The notes under the pieces: model-generated
Told to the model about the DNA's origin: nothing
Database searches by the model: none
Seen by the model: the letters and a program-made list of their open reading frames with translations, nothing else
Assembly (NCBI GenBank): GCA_965212055.1
Contig: OZ243041.1
Span: forward strand, 608,001 to 672,000
Reading direction: 5' to 3'
Length of the DNA stretch: 64,000 nucleotides
DNA from: Fidelibacterota bacterium
GTDB lineage: Bacteria > Fidelibacterota > Marinisomatia > Marinisomatales > Marinisomataceae
Translations under genes and position numbers: made by a program
Shown here: one piece after another, positions 28,232 to 37,584 of the stretch
How the letters are laid out: each line of letters opens with the position of its first letter
Numbering within the stretch: position 1 is the first letter of the stretch

Positions 28232-29378
28232 TGCTCTTTATGTGTTTTTTTAATTGTTCTAAACTATCTCCACCGAATTTCTCCAACAACGCATCCGCTA
28301 ACACAATTGTTAACATACTTTCGCCAATAATAGATGCAGCAGGCACGGCACAAGAATCTGTTCTTTCTTTGTGTGCTAATTTCGGTTCCATTGTGTTCAA
28401 ATCAATAGATCGAAGTGGTTTGATAAGCGTTGATAACGGTTTCATGCTTACTTTGACATGAATTGGTTGTGCATTGCTCATTCCTCCTTCAATTCCGCCA
28501 GCATTATTGCTTGATCGAGTAATTTGTCCATCTTCATAGAGTATCTCGTCATGCAGTTCACTACCAAACACTGCTCCCGAAGCAAATCCAGCCCCTATTT
28601 CTACACCTTTAAATGCATTCACAGACATCATTGCTTGTGTAATACGTGCTTGTAATTTTCCGTCCGCGTTAATATAGCTACCAAGTCCATAAGGCAACCC
28701 GTTAGCAATCACTTCAAATGAACCCCCTACAGAATCTCCATTTTCTTTTGCTTGGTCAATTACTGCAATCATTTTTGCCTCTGTTTTTTTATCAAGACAT
28801 CTAACAGGAGATTTATCCACTGTTTTATTTAATTTTTCAAGATTAGTATTCTCTTCAACAGATGTATCGTCTACCACATTATGAATTTGATAAACACGGC
28901 TACCAACTGTAATTCCTACTTCTTCCAATAATCTTCTACACACCGCACCAATAGCAACTCGCATCGCTGTTTCTCGTGCAGAAGAACGTTCTAATACATT
29001 TCGAATATCATCAAAATCATACTTCATAACCCCAGCTAAATCGGCATGTCCTGGACGAGGCATACTGACTTTTTTATGCTCTTTTTTTGGTGTCCCAACG
29101 GCCATTCTATCTTCCCAGTTTACCCAGTCCAAATTTTTAATTAATAATGAAATTGGTGAACCCAATGTAATTGCATGACGCACACCTGAAAAAATCTCGG
29201 CATAATCTTTCTCAATTTTCATACGTTTGCCTCTACCATGTCCTTGCATTCTTCTAAACAAATCTTTGGCAATATACTCTTCGGTAAGATGCATTCCAGC
29301 CGGAATCCCTTCTATAATCCCAATTAATCCTTTTCCGTGTGACTCTCCTGCAGTCATATACGATATTTTTTTCAACAT
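28218..29378 (-). CDS. aroC: Chorismate synthase
   Basis: TAGESHG, PRPGHAD, ERSSARETA and NNAGGIEGGMSN motifs. Confidence 0.98.
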   Translation of the reverse strand: MLKKISYMTAGESHGKGLIGIIEGIPAGMHLTEEYIAKDLFRRMQGHGRGKRMKIEKDYAEIFSGVRHAITLGSPISLLIKNLDWVNWEDRMAVGTPKKEHKKVSMPRPGHADLAGVMKYDFDDIRNVLERSSARETAMRVAIGAVCRRLLEEVGITVGSRVYQIHNVVDDTSVEENTNLEKLNKTVDKSPVRCLDKKTEAKMIAVIDQAKENGDSVGGSFEVIANGLPYGLGSYINADGKLQARITQAMMSVNAFKGVEIGAGFASGAVFGSELHDEILYEDGQITRSSNNAGGIEGGMSNAQPIHVKVSMKPLSTLIKPLRSIDLNTMEPKLAHKERTDSCAVPAASIIGESMLTIVLADALLEKFGGDSLEQLKKHIKSSGKY

Positions 29379-30199
29379 AATACGTTCTCCAATTGTTTTT
29401 TGATTGAATCCAGTTTTGGGCCCACATTATAAGTAGTTTCTGTCCAAATTTCAATAGACTTCAGCGCTTGAAAGATGAGCATATCCAATCCATTAATAGA
29501 CTGCTTGACATTATCTTTGTATTTGTCCAAAAAAAGCGTGTGATTGGATGTATAAATCAAGTCAATAAGAATACTGTCTTGATGTATAGGAATATTAAAA
29601 AAATCATCCTTATCATCTTGTTGATACATTCCAAGTGGTGTGGTATTAATAGCCAAATCAAATTTGATGTCAGCTTTATCAAATATCTGAATATCTATGT
29701 CAGAAATTGCTTGTGCATATGCTTGTATTCTTAATGCATTTTCCATTGATTTATTTTTGATAGTAATGGATGCTGCATGCCCATCAATTAATGCTTTTAC
29801 AATCGTCTTAGAAGATCCTCCTGCGCCCAATACAAGACAGTGTTTTGATTCCACGCTAATATCATTATGATGGAGCATCATTTCAAATCCATATAAATCG
29901 GTATTATACCCTTTTAGACTGTTCCCTTTTCTTGTAATACAATTCGCATTGCCTAAGATTTTCACACTTTCATCCAATTCGTCCACAAACTCTAAACCAT
30001 GTTCTTTGTGTGGGATGGTAATATTGATTCCATCAAATGCTCCTGCCTTAAAAGCATCAAAAAAAGAAGATAGTTCTTCAGAAGAAATATCATTCTTCTC
30101 ATAGGTACAATCTTCCAAATTGAAGGTATCAAAAAGAATTTTTTGTAACTCTGGGCTAATGCTTTGATGCACTGGGGTTCCTATTAATCCTAATTTCAT
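29372..30199 (-). CDS. aroE: Shikimate dehydrogenase
   Basis: S.SP, GINITIPHK, GYNTD, LGAGG, INTTPLGM and GLDMLIFQA motifs. Confidence 0.95.
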   Translation of the reverse strand: MKLGLIGTPVHQSISPELQKILFDTFNLEDCTYEKNDISSEELSSFFDAFKAGAFDGINITIPHKEHGLEFVDELDESVKILGNANCITRKGNSLKGYNTDLYGFEMMLHHNDISVESKHCLVLGAGGSSKTIVKALIDGHAASITIKNKSMENALRIQAYAQAISDIDIQIFDKADIKFDLAINTTPLGMYQQDDKDDFFNIPIHQDSILIDLIYTSNHTLFLDKYKDNVKQSINGLDMLIFQALKSIEIWTETTYNVGPKLDSIKKQLENVLC

Positions 30200-31443
30200 G
30201 ATTGCATCACCTCGATTGTATTAAAAAATCCTGGTAAGGAGATATTGATGCATTCCTTATTATCAATCTCATATTTCCCAAATGCGGCAATACTTAGCAC
30301 AATAAATGCCATTGCAATACGATGATCATCAAACGATTGCACTGTTGCCATAGTTGGATGACCGCCCTCTACAATAAGACTATTATCTTCTTCGTATGCA
30401 TTAATCCCAAAATTCTTCAGATTATCTATAATTGCTTGCAAACGATTGCTTTCTTTGAATTTTAATTCTTCTACTCGGTTAAAGACGGTTTTACCATCTC
30501 CAAATGCAGCTAATACTGCTAAAATTGGTATTTCATCAATAATCGATGGAATAATGTAGGCTGGAACCTCAAAACTGTTAATTGGGGATGAAATAAACTC
30601 AACATCTCCGCATAATTCTCCATGGATATAATGTTGATTGGATATATTTATCTGAATATTGATTTTTTCCAACACATTCATAAACCCAATACGGGTTGGA
30701 TTAAGCAACATATTACGAATGGTAAGCCTTGAATCTTTTGCCAAAATTGCCAATGCAATAAAAAACGATGCAGAAGAAGGATCAGATGGAATCTCCAAGT
30801 TAATAGGAGTTAGCGGTGATGAAAGTGGTTCCACCCTAATATCATTATCGTTTACTAAAATGGTTGCACCCATATCCTGTAACATAATTTCGGTATGGTC
30901 TCGTGAACTGTTTAACTCCGAAACATTAGACGATGATTCTGCTCCTAATCCTGCTAACAAAATAGAGGATTTTACTTGGGCACTTGCCACAGGCATTTTG
31001 TAGTTAATTCCATTTAATGGATTCGATGCATCTACTGTTAATGGAAGCAATCCATCGTTAGATTCAATACTACACCCCATTTCTGTAAGTGGGACGATAA
31101 TTCTGTTCATTGGTCTTGCAGATAAGGAAGCATCTCCTGTCAACGAAAACTGAAGACGTTGGGAAGACAAGAGCCCAGATAACAATCTCGCACTTGTCCC
31201 TGAATTTCCACAATCAACAGGTTCGTCAGGATTTCTAAGTTTTGTTCCTGTAATAACAACCTTTTCTCCATTTTGATCAATAGAAGCACCGCATGCTCGT
31301 AAAGCTTGAATGGTGGATTGTAAATCTTTTCCATCATTGAGATTAGTAATTTCACTTACCCCATTTGCAATCGATGCTAACATCACTGCCCTATGGGAGA
31401 TAGACTTGTCTCCTGGTAAAGAAATAGTAGTATTAATGGCCAT
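30196..31443 (-). CDS. aroA: EPSP synthase
   Basis: PGDKSISHRA, DCGNSGT, ASAQVKS, SRDHTE, KESNR and DDHRIAM motifs. Start 31443 preferred over track start 31464. Confidence 0.97.
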   Translation of the reverse strand: MAINTTISLPGDKSISHRAVMLASIANGVSEITNLNDGKDLQSTIQALRACGASIDQNGEKVVITGTKLRNPDEPVDCGNSGTSARLLSGLLSSQRLQFSLTGDASLSARPMNRIIVPLTEMGCSIESNDGLLPLTVDASNPLNGINYKMPVASAQVKSSILLAGLGAESSSNVSELNSSRDHTEIMLQDMGATILVNDNDIRVEPLSSPLTPINLEIPSDPSSASFFIALAILAKDSRLTIRNMLLNPTRIGFMNVLEKINIQINISNQHYIHGELCGDVEFISSPINSFEVPAYIIPSIIDEIPILAVLAAFGDGKTVFNRVEELKFKESNRLQAIIDNLKNFGINAYEEDNSLIVEGGHPTMATVQSFDDHRIAMAFIVLSIAAFGKYEIDNKECINISLPGFFNTIEVMQS

Positions 31444-32782
31444 TTTTCTCCATCTCTGCTGCAATATTAAAAGAAAGCTCTAATGCTTGATTGGCATTCA
31501 ATCGGGGATCACAATGGGTGTGATATCTTGAGTGCAAATCTTTATCACTGAGCTTATATAATCCGCCAGTACATTCGGTAACATTTTGACCAGTCATCTC
31601 GAGATGAATCCCTCCTAAATGGGACCCTTTCGACTTTAAGATATGAATGGCCTTAGTGGTTTCATTTAAAAGGGATGAAAAGTCTCTTGTTTTAAGCCCT
31701 TCTGAAGATTTCACTGTATTCCCATGCATTGGATCTGAAATCCATAATACCGTCTTGTTATGTTTATTGATTGTATCTACTAGAACCGGTAAATGTTGAT
31801 CGATATTTTCTTCTCCATATCGAAAGATGAGCGATATTTTTCCAGCTTCATTCTCGGGATTTAATATGTCAATAATCTTGAGTAATTCATCCGGATCTAA
31901 TGATGGCCCACATTTGATTCCGATTGGATTACTAATCCCTCGACAAAATTCTACATGTGCACTATCAATAAATCGGGTTCGATCTCCAATCCAGATAAAA
32001 TGGGCTGAAGTACAATAAACTTTATTGGATAATGAATCAACACGGGTTAATGCTTCTTCATAAGGTAAATGCAACCCTTCATGGCTGGTATAAAAATCAA
32101 CGGTGTTTAAATCAATGACTTGTTCGGTATTAATTCCTACTGCGTCCATAAAATCTAAGTATTCTGTGATTTGATTCGCAATTTTTTCATATTTCTTTCC
32201 TTCTTTACTGCTCTTCACAAATCCCATATTCCATAAATTCACTTTACGTAAATTGGCAAACCCTCCTTGCGCAAAGGAACGTAATAAATTCAAGGTAGAA
32301 GCAGATTGAGAATAAGCACGCAACAAACGTTCTGGATCAGGTTCTCTTGCTTCTTTGGTAAACTCTATCCCGTTTACAGAGTCTCCATAATAGCTATTTA
32401 AGGTCGTTCCATTCACAGTTTCTGTGTCGGAAGACCTTGGTTTTGTAAATTGACCAGCAATACGTCCCAGTTTAATCACTGGCACCTTCATTTCAGAAGT
32501 AATGACCGCACTCATTTGCAAAATGACACGAAATGTATCTCGAATATTATTGGCAGAAAATTCCTTAAAACTTTCTGCGCAATCTCCTCCTTGTACTAAA
32601 AATGCTTTGCGTTCTGTTGCTTTGGCTAGTTCTGCTTTTAAGTTGTTACACTCTCCCGCAAATACTAATGGTGGAAAGGTATTTAATCGTCCAATAATCT
32701 TATCAAGTTTTTCTTGATCTTTATAAGGAGGAATATGTTTTATTGTACAGTCTTTCCAAGAATCTTTTTTCCAATTTTTCAT
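31433..32782 (-). CDS. Class II DAHP synthase
   Basis: PPLVFAGE, QGGDCAESF, GRIAGQFTKPRS, TSHE, WIGDRTR, DPMHGNT and CDPRLN motifs. Confidence 0.97.
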   Translation of the reverse strand: MKNWKKDSWKDCTIKHIPPYKDQEKLDKIIGRLNTFPPLVFAGECNNLKAELAKATERKAFLVQGGDCAESFKEFSANNIRDTFRVILQMSAVITSEMKVPVIKLGRIAGQFTKPRSSDTETVNGTTLNSYYGDSVNGIEFTKEAREPDPERLLRAYSQSASTLNLLRSFAQGGFANLRKVNLWNMGFVKSSKEGKKYEKIANQITEYLDFMDAVGINTEQVIDLNTVDFYTSHEGLHLPYEEALTRVDSLSNKVYCTSAHFIWIGDRTRFIDSAHVEFCRGISNPIGIKCGPSLDPDELLKIIDILNPENEAGKISLIFRYGEENIDQHLPVLVDTINKHNKTVLWISDPMHGNTVKSSEGLKTRDFSSLLNETTKAIHILKSKGSHLGGIHLEMTGQNVTECTGGLYKLSDKDLHSRYHTHCDPRLNANQALELSFNIAAEMEKNGH

Positions 32783-32783
32783 C

Positions 32784-33041
32784 TTATTTCTCCGCCTTTT
32801 TTGATTCGGTGATAATGGATTGATAAATATTTTTTAAAAACGTGGCTTCCTTTTCAGAAAACAGAGTATCAATCTTCTCATAAATCGCATTTTCTCTACT
32901 TTGATCCAAGATTGGTAATCCTTCTTCTTTTTTCACCTCTCCGATGGCTGTAACTGCCTCTAATCGATCGATCAACAATTGAAAGACTTCCCTATCAATG
33001 GTATCAATCTTTTCTCGTATTGTTCTAATTTTTTCGTTCAT
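32784..33041 (-). CDS. Chorismate mutase (AroQ-class, monofunctional)
   Basis: IREKIDTID...L..R......IG..K......D..RE pattern. Start 33041 with SD-like AAAGGGA; the track start at 33062 lies inside the terminator tail. Confidence 0.9.
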   Translation of the reverse strand: MNEKIRTIREKIDTIDREVFQLLIDRLEAVTAIGEVKKEEGLPILDQSRENAIYEKIDTLFSEKEATFLKNIYQSIITESKKAEK

Positions 33042-33060
33042 TCTTATCCCTTTATATAAC

Positions 33061-33088
33061 AAAAAACCCCAGTGGGGTTCACTGGGGT
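33061..33088 (-). terminator. Attenuator terminator hairpin upstream of the aromatic operon
   Basis: mRNA ACCCCAGTG-AACCC-CACTGGGGT-TTTTT: 9-bp stem plus U-tract, 20 nt before the chorismate mutase start. Confidence 0.9.
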
Positions 33089-33136
33089 GTATGTAGTTTT
33101 TTATATGGTCCTATTCTTAGGTCCCTACATAACCCC
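33084..33136 (-). promoter_or_regulatory. Antiterminator helix of the attenuator
   Basis: mRNA GGGGTTATGTAG (33136-33125) pairs with CTACATA-c-ACCCC (33096-33084): 12 bp with one bulge, sequestering the terminator 5' arm. Confidence 0.8.
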
Positions 33137-33176
33137 TTCCATTAAAATAATAGTAAAAATTTTGATTACTTTTCAT
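33117..33176 (-). CDS. Phe/Tyr-rich attenuation leader peptide MKSNQNFYYYFNGRGYVGT (19 aa)
   Basis: ATG AAA AGT AAT CAA AAT TTT TAC TAT TAT TTT AAT GGA AGG GGT TAT GTA GGG ACC TAA: five consecutive Phe/Tyr codons upstream of a Phe/Tyr biosynthetic operon. Confidence 0.85.
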   Translation of the reverse strand: MKSNQNFYYYFNGRGYVGT

Positions 33177-33184
33177 ATTGAACA

Positions 33185-33214
33185 ATATTACGGAATAGAT
33201 AGGACAGTTGGCAA
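33185..33214 (-). promoter_or_regulatory. Sigma70-type promoter of the aromatic operon
   Basis: TTGCCA (33214-33209), 18-nt spacer, TAATAT (33190-33185), 8 nt before the leader ATG. Confidence 0.65.
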
Positions 33215-33220
33215 GGAAAA

Positions 33221-33916
33221 TTAATTATTTAATATTCTATTAATGGCATTTTCTGCAAGCAATGACATCACTTGATATCCCTTTTTGTTGGGATGAACAC
33301 CATCATAGCCATACTCTTTTTTTAAGGCATTATCTTCATCTACCATTGAAGAATAATAATCAAGATATATCATACCATTATCATTAGCAAATTTTTCTAT
33401 TATTGTGTTTACAGCCAAAATCTTTGGAGGAGGATTCATTCCTGGATTCCAGGGAAAATCTTTTGCAGGTAAAATTGAGCAAATAATAACATGAATATCG
33501 TTGCTTTGTGCCAATTCTGCCATAGACATAATATTATTGGTAATCATTGTTACATCAGCAGGACCTGTATTTCCTGCAATATCATTAATGCCAGCTAAGA
33601 TTAAAACCACCTTTGGTTCAAGGGCAATCACATCAGTACGAAATCTAACTAACATCTGAGGGGTTGTTTGTCCACTAATCCCTCGGTTAACATAAGGTTT
33701 GCCCTCAAAAAATTCAGGAAACAAAAGAGACCATCCTTCTGTGATTGAATTCCCCATAAACACCACTCTTTTTTCATGTTCTAAGGGAGATCCTAATTGG
33801 GCATTATCCAATTTATATCGGTTTAAATTAGACCAATCCTGATCAGGTGTATAATCTCTTGATTGAGCAATCAAAGAGGTAATAGAAAAAATGAATGTGA
33901 TTATAATGATTCGCAC
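33221..33916 (-). CDS. Exported SGNH/GDSL hydrolase
   Basis: FMGNSIT, NRGISGQTT, AGINDI and DGVHPN blocks; signal peptide. Confidence 0.93.
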   Translation of the reverse strand: MRIIIITFIFSITSLIAQSRDYTPDQDWSNLNRYKLDNAQLGSPLEHEKRVVFMGNSITEGWSLLFPEFFEGKPYVNRGISGQTTPQMLVRFRTDVIALEPKVVLILAGINDIAGNTGPADVTMITNNIMSMAELAQSNDIHVIICSILPAKDFPWNPGMNPPPKILAVNTIIEKFANDNGMIYLDYYSSMVDEDNALKKEYGYDGVHPNKKGYQVMSLLAENAINRILNN

Positions 33917-33927
33917 TACTACACCTT

Positions 33928-34878
33928 TTACGAATTATCTTTTATGATGGTTGTTCCAGCATTTCCATCAATAGCATCTTGAATATTTTCAATATTTGTA
34001 ATGATGGCTTTTTCTCCATGATGTTTTAAGAAATGGATCGCAGATCGAATCTTCGGCCACATACTTCCTTGTTGAAAATGCCCTTCTTCTTGCAATTGTT
34101 TTGCCTCGGTGTCTGTCATCTGATTAATCGGAGATTGTTGTGGTGTATTATAGTCCTTATACACTTGATCTATGTCCGTAATAATATAGTATTCTTGTGC
34201 TCGGATTACCCTACCAAGTTTTGCCGCACTTAAGTCTTTATCCACAACAGCATCAATTCCTTTTAGCTTTTGATCATCAGTATTGTATACTGGAATTCCA
34301 CCACCTCCAGCTGCAATCACAATGGTGCCAGACTCAACCAAGGTACGAATACTAAGACCATGCATTACAAATTCAGGATCTGGGGAAGGAACAACCCTTC
34401 TCCACTCTCCAGGTTCTTGTTCTTTAATATCCCATCCTAGTTCTTTGGATAACGCCGTTGCTTTTTCTTTAGAATATCGTTTTCCAACAAATTTTGATGG
34501 ATTCTTTAAAGATGGATCTTCTGGATTAATAATTACTTGAGTCACAAGTGTAACTACCTCTTTATCAATATTCTCTGCACGTAATGCATTTTGGAACGTC
34601 TGTTGAATCATATATCCCATCGTCCCTTGCGTTCCAGCCACACAAACACCCAAAGGCAAAGGAGGAACCGTCTCACGAGTTAAATCCATTCGTAGTAATT
34701 CATCCCCTACTTGTGGACCATTTCCATGTGTAAGACATATATTGTAATCACGACGTAAAAATTCCATAATTTGTTCAAACGAATGGCGGGTATTATTGAA
34801 TTGTTCAGCAATAGTCCCTGCCTGTTTTTTTTGAGACAGAGCATTTCCTCCAAGAGCGATAATTGCAGTCTTACTCAT
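33928..34878 (-). CDS. arcC: Carbamate kinase
   Basis: ALGGNAL, THGNGPQVG, WRRVVPSP, GGGGIPV, AVVDKD and GSMWPK motifs. Confidence 0.95.
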   Translation of the reverse strand: MSKTAIIALGGNALSQKKQAGTIAEQFNNTRHSFEQIMEFLRRDYNICLTHGNGPQVGDELLRMDLTRETVPPLPLGVCVAGTQGTMGYMIQQTFQNALRAENIDKEVVTLVTQVIINPEDPSLKNPSKFVGKRYSKEKATALSKELGWDIKEQEPGEWRRVVPSPDPEFVMHGLSIRTLVESGTIVIAAGGGGIPVYNTDDQKLKGIDAVVDKDLSAAKLGRVIRAQEYYIITDIDQVYKDYNTPQQSPINQMTDTEAKQLQEEGHFQQGSMWPKIRSAIHFLKHHGEKAIITNIENIQDAIDGNAGTTIIKDNS

Positions 34879-34881
34879 ACC

Positions 34882-35868
34882 TTAATCAGACAATAAATGT
34901 TTAGTAAAAAATTCTTTTGCAAACGCAAAGGATTGTTCACGTGCATCCGCATTGCCTCCAAAACTTGGTCCTCTGCCCGCACACGTCATCAATGCCAATT
35001 TTTGCATCAAAGGAGTATTGATAGGAATCTTCCAAGATTCACTAAACAAAGTTGTTCCTTCCTCATTCATTGGAAAGCGACAATCTCCTAGCGTATATCC
35101 GTCTTCCACTACGACAATTTCTGTACTTCTTTTATCGAATGAATGGTGAGAATCCTTATAAATGGTTAAATCGATATTCATTGCAAATCCACTTGCTTCC
35201 ATTTTGTCCAATAATTCCGTACACGCAACCGCAGGAACCCAATTATCCAATTCTCCAATCAAAATATGAATGGGAGCATCACTAAATTGCATATTTTCAG
35301 CAGGATGCGGATAGATAACACAAGGCGGATAAATCGGCAAATGTGCTGCAAACATAAACTCACCACCATTAATAGCACTCACAAGCGGTAGCCATGCAGA
35401 ATATAAAGACACTGCACCACCTAAGCTCCACCCAGTAATCCCTGCACGATCTACATCAATGTTGGGATGAGTACTTAATGTTTCTAACGCACGATAACTA
35501 TCTAAAATTACCATGGCAGTCGTTACTGCGACTTGTGTCCCTACTGTGGACTGTATATCACGACTATCAAAGCTTTGTACTTGGAAAGTAGCAAATCCCA
35601 TTTCTTGGTACATGGCCAAATAATCTAGATGATGACTAGACCAATTTAAACTTCCTGCCGCCCCTATGATTAATGGATATTTTGTATCGGGATCATAATC
35701 ATTAGGCAAAGTTAATGTACCAAACACTTCCTGGGCTGGTTCGTTTTCCAAATCCACAATAATTTCCTCAAATGAGAATGGATTTGCACTTTGAAAGGTA
35801 ATAATTTCTTGATTGGTATTTTGTGCCATCACTACAGAAATCATTCCAATTATCATATATCGTATCAT
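34882..35868 (-). CDS. Exported dienelactone hydrolase family alpha/beta hydrolase
   Basis: GWSLGG nucleophile elbow, YPPC, IGELDNW and HHSFD. Confidence 0.85.
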   Translation of the reverse strand: MIRYMIIGMISVVMAQNTNQEIITFQSANPFSFEEIIVDLENEPAQEVFGTLTLPNDYDPDTKYPLIIGAAGSLNWSSHHLDYLAMYQEMGFATFQVQSFDSRDIQSTVGTQVAVTTAMVILDSYRALETLSTHPNIDVDRAGITGWSLGGAVSLYSAWLPLVSAINGGEFMFAAHLPIYPPCVIYPHPAENMQFSDAPIHILIGELDNWVPAVACTELLDKMEASGFAMNIDLTIYKDSHHSFDKRSTEIVVVEDGYTLGDCRFPMNEEGTTLFSESWKIPINTPLMQKLALMTCAGRGPSFGGNADAREQSFAFAKEFFTKHLLSD

Positions 35869-36353
35869 TTTTTCTCCAATAGTTGTAAGTAAGATTTAAA
35901 CAGAATACCCCCACTGCCGCTATATCCTCCCAAATCACCGCTACTCTTAATCACGCGGTGACATGGAATTACAATAGGAATTGGGTTGGCTCCACTTGCA
36001 CGCCCCACCGCTCTCCATGCAGAAGGTCGTTTTACTAAATTTGCAATTTCTTTATAGCTTTTTGTTTTCCCGTAGGGAATTTTCTCAATTCTAGCTAAGA
36101 CTTTTTTGGAAAAATCACTTCCTTTAAGAGTGCAAGGAATATCAAATTTTTTTAATTTTCTTTGAAAATATGCATCCAATTGTTCTTGGACATATTTTGC
36201 AAATTTTAGGTTCTTACCTTGATTAATTTTTAAGGAAATCTGTGGGTTAATCAAATCTTTTTTCTGATGTGAAAATTTTAACCTTAATAAAGAATCTTTC
36301 GAGTAAAATATCTTAAAATGAAAGTGATCAATGTGGAATATTTTTTGATACAT
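35865..36353 (-). CDS. ogt: Methylated-DNA--protein-cysteine methyltransferase
   Basis: IPYG.T.SY, RAVG and NPIPIVIPCHRV motifs. Confidence 0.95.
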   Translation of the reverse strand: MYQKIFHIDHFHFKIFYSKDSLLRLKFSHQKKDLINPQISLKINQGKNLKFAKYVQEQLDAYFQRKLKKFDIPCTLKGSDFSKKVLARIEKIPYGKTKSYKEIANLVKRPSAWRAVGRASGANPIPIVIPCHRVIKSSGDLGGYSGSGGILFKSYLQLLEKK

Positions 36354-36355
36354 TA

Positions 36356-36667
36356 TTACAATTTAACTGCAGTACCATAAATAAAAATTTCTGACGCCCC
36401 TTGTTGTAACATAGAAGTTGTAAAACGCACTCCTACAATTGCATCTGCACCTAACTCTGTTGCATGAACTTTCATTCTATCCATTGCTTGTTCTCTTGAT
36501 TCTGCCATTAGCTTAGAGTATTCTATAATCTCTCCACCCACCAAATTTCTAAAACTAGCTAGAATGTCTTTCCCAACATGCCTGGCTCGTATTGATTGGC
36601 CGCTAACAACGCCTAAAGTTTGAGAAATGGTTCTGTGTTCTACTCTCTCTTGTGTAGTTACAATCAT
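36356..36667 (-). CDS. YbjQ/UPF0145 family protein
   Basis: MIVTT, LGVV.G, GGE...Y...M..SRE.A, GADAIVG and YGTAV motifs. Confidence 0.93.
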   Translation of the reverse strand: MIVTTQERVEHRTISQTLGVVSGQSIRARHVGKDILASFRNLVGGEIIEYSKLMAESREQAMDRMKVHATELGADAIVGVRFTTSMLQQGASEIFIYGTAVKL

Positions 36668-36885
36668 TTTTTAATCTCCTTAGAATAATAGTCATCTTCT
36701 TTATTGTTTAAACGCTCTCGTAATACCTTAATAAATAACATAAATAATCCACCATAGATTAAGACAATGATTAACCCATCTGGATAAAATTCATTTACAA
36801 GCGATAGACCATAGAGCTGATCTAAGGTAAGATAAGTAATAAGAACAAAAAATCCTGTGATTAAAAGATATCCTAATTTTTCCAT
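36664..36885 (-). CDS. Small 2-TM membrane protein
   Basis: Two TM helices and KVLRERL...DDYYSKE tail; SD AAGGA; coupled to the ybjQ-like gene. Confidence 0.65.
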   Translation of the reverse strand: MEKLGYLLITGFFVLITYLTLDQLYGLSLVNEFYPDGLIIVLIYGGLFMLFIKVLRERLNNKEDDYYSKEIKK

Positions 36886-36949
36886 TTTAAATTCCTTTTT
36901 ATAAATTTAACTTGTTTACATTCAAAAAGGAAATATTTAGGATAAATTC

Positions 36950-37579
36950 ATGGCTAAAATGATAAAATTAGCAAACTATCAGGGATTATTAATAATCCTT
37001 GTAGGAGCATTAGCATACCTTTCGTATACCAACTATAATCTCGAACAAGATCTAGAAGAATATAAAGGATATTACAAAACTATTGCCATTAAATATGTGC
37101 AAGAAATTATGGATAAACCTGAACTTTCTGCTCCTGATCCAGAAGAAATGGATGTTACGACTATAGATTTTGAATCCAATATGTTGCTTTTCAACGACTT
37201 AGAAGGAAATGAATTTTCATTAAGAGATTTTGAAGACAAGGTATTATTTATTAATTATTGGGCAACATGGTGTAATCCTTGTTTAGCAGAAATGCCAAAT
37301 ATGGCAGAATTATACAATCAGTACAAAGAAAACGATAATATTGTATTTCTTTATTTATCCAAAGAAGATGCTGATACAATCATTGATTATATCCCCAAAG
37401 ATGATTCTTTAGGGCAACTTCCTATATATAAAGTAGTCACAGATGATGACTTATTTAGTACTCGTGGCATCCCAACCACATTTATTGTTAATCGCAATGG
37501 GGAAATTGTGATCAAAGATGTCGGATCTGCAGTGTGGAACGATCAATCTGTTATCGACTATCTTGATAAACTTTTATAA
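36950..37579 (+). CDS. TlpA-family membrane-anchored thiol:disulfide oxidoreductase
   Basis: N-terminal TM; FINYWATWCNPCLAEMP and GIPTTFIV motifs. Confidence 0.93.
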   Translation: MAKMIKLANYQGLLIILVGALAYLSYTNYNLEQDLEEYKGYYKTIAIKYVQEIMDKPELSAPDPEEMDVTTIDFESNMLLFNDLEGNEFSLRDFEDKVLFINYWATWCNPCLAEMPNMAELYNQYKENDNIVFLYLSKEDADTIIDYIPKDDSLGQLPIYKVVTDDDLFSTRGIPTTFIVNRNGEIVIKDVGSAVWNDQSVIDYLDKLL

Positions 37580-37584
37580 TTATC

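Noticed and set aside
33061..33220. T-box or metabolite riboswitch upstream of the aromatic operon
   Set aside because: No T-box GGTGGxACCGCG motif and too little space for stem I; the leader-peptide model explains all observed elements.
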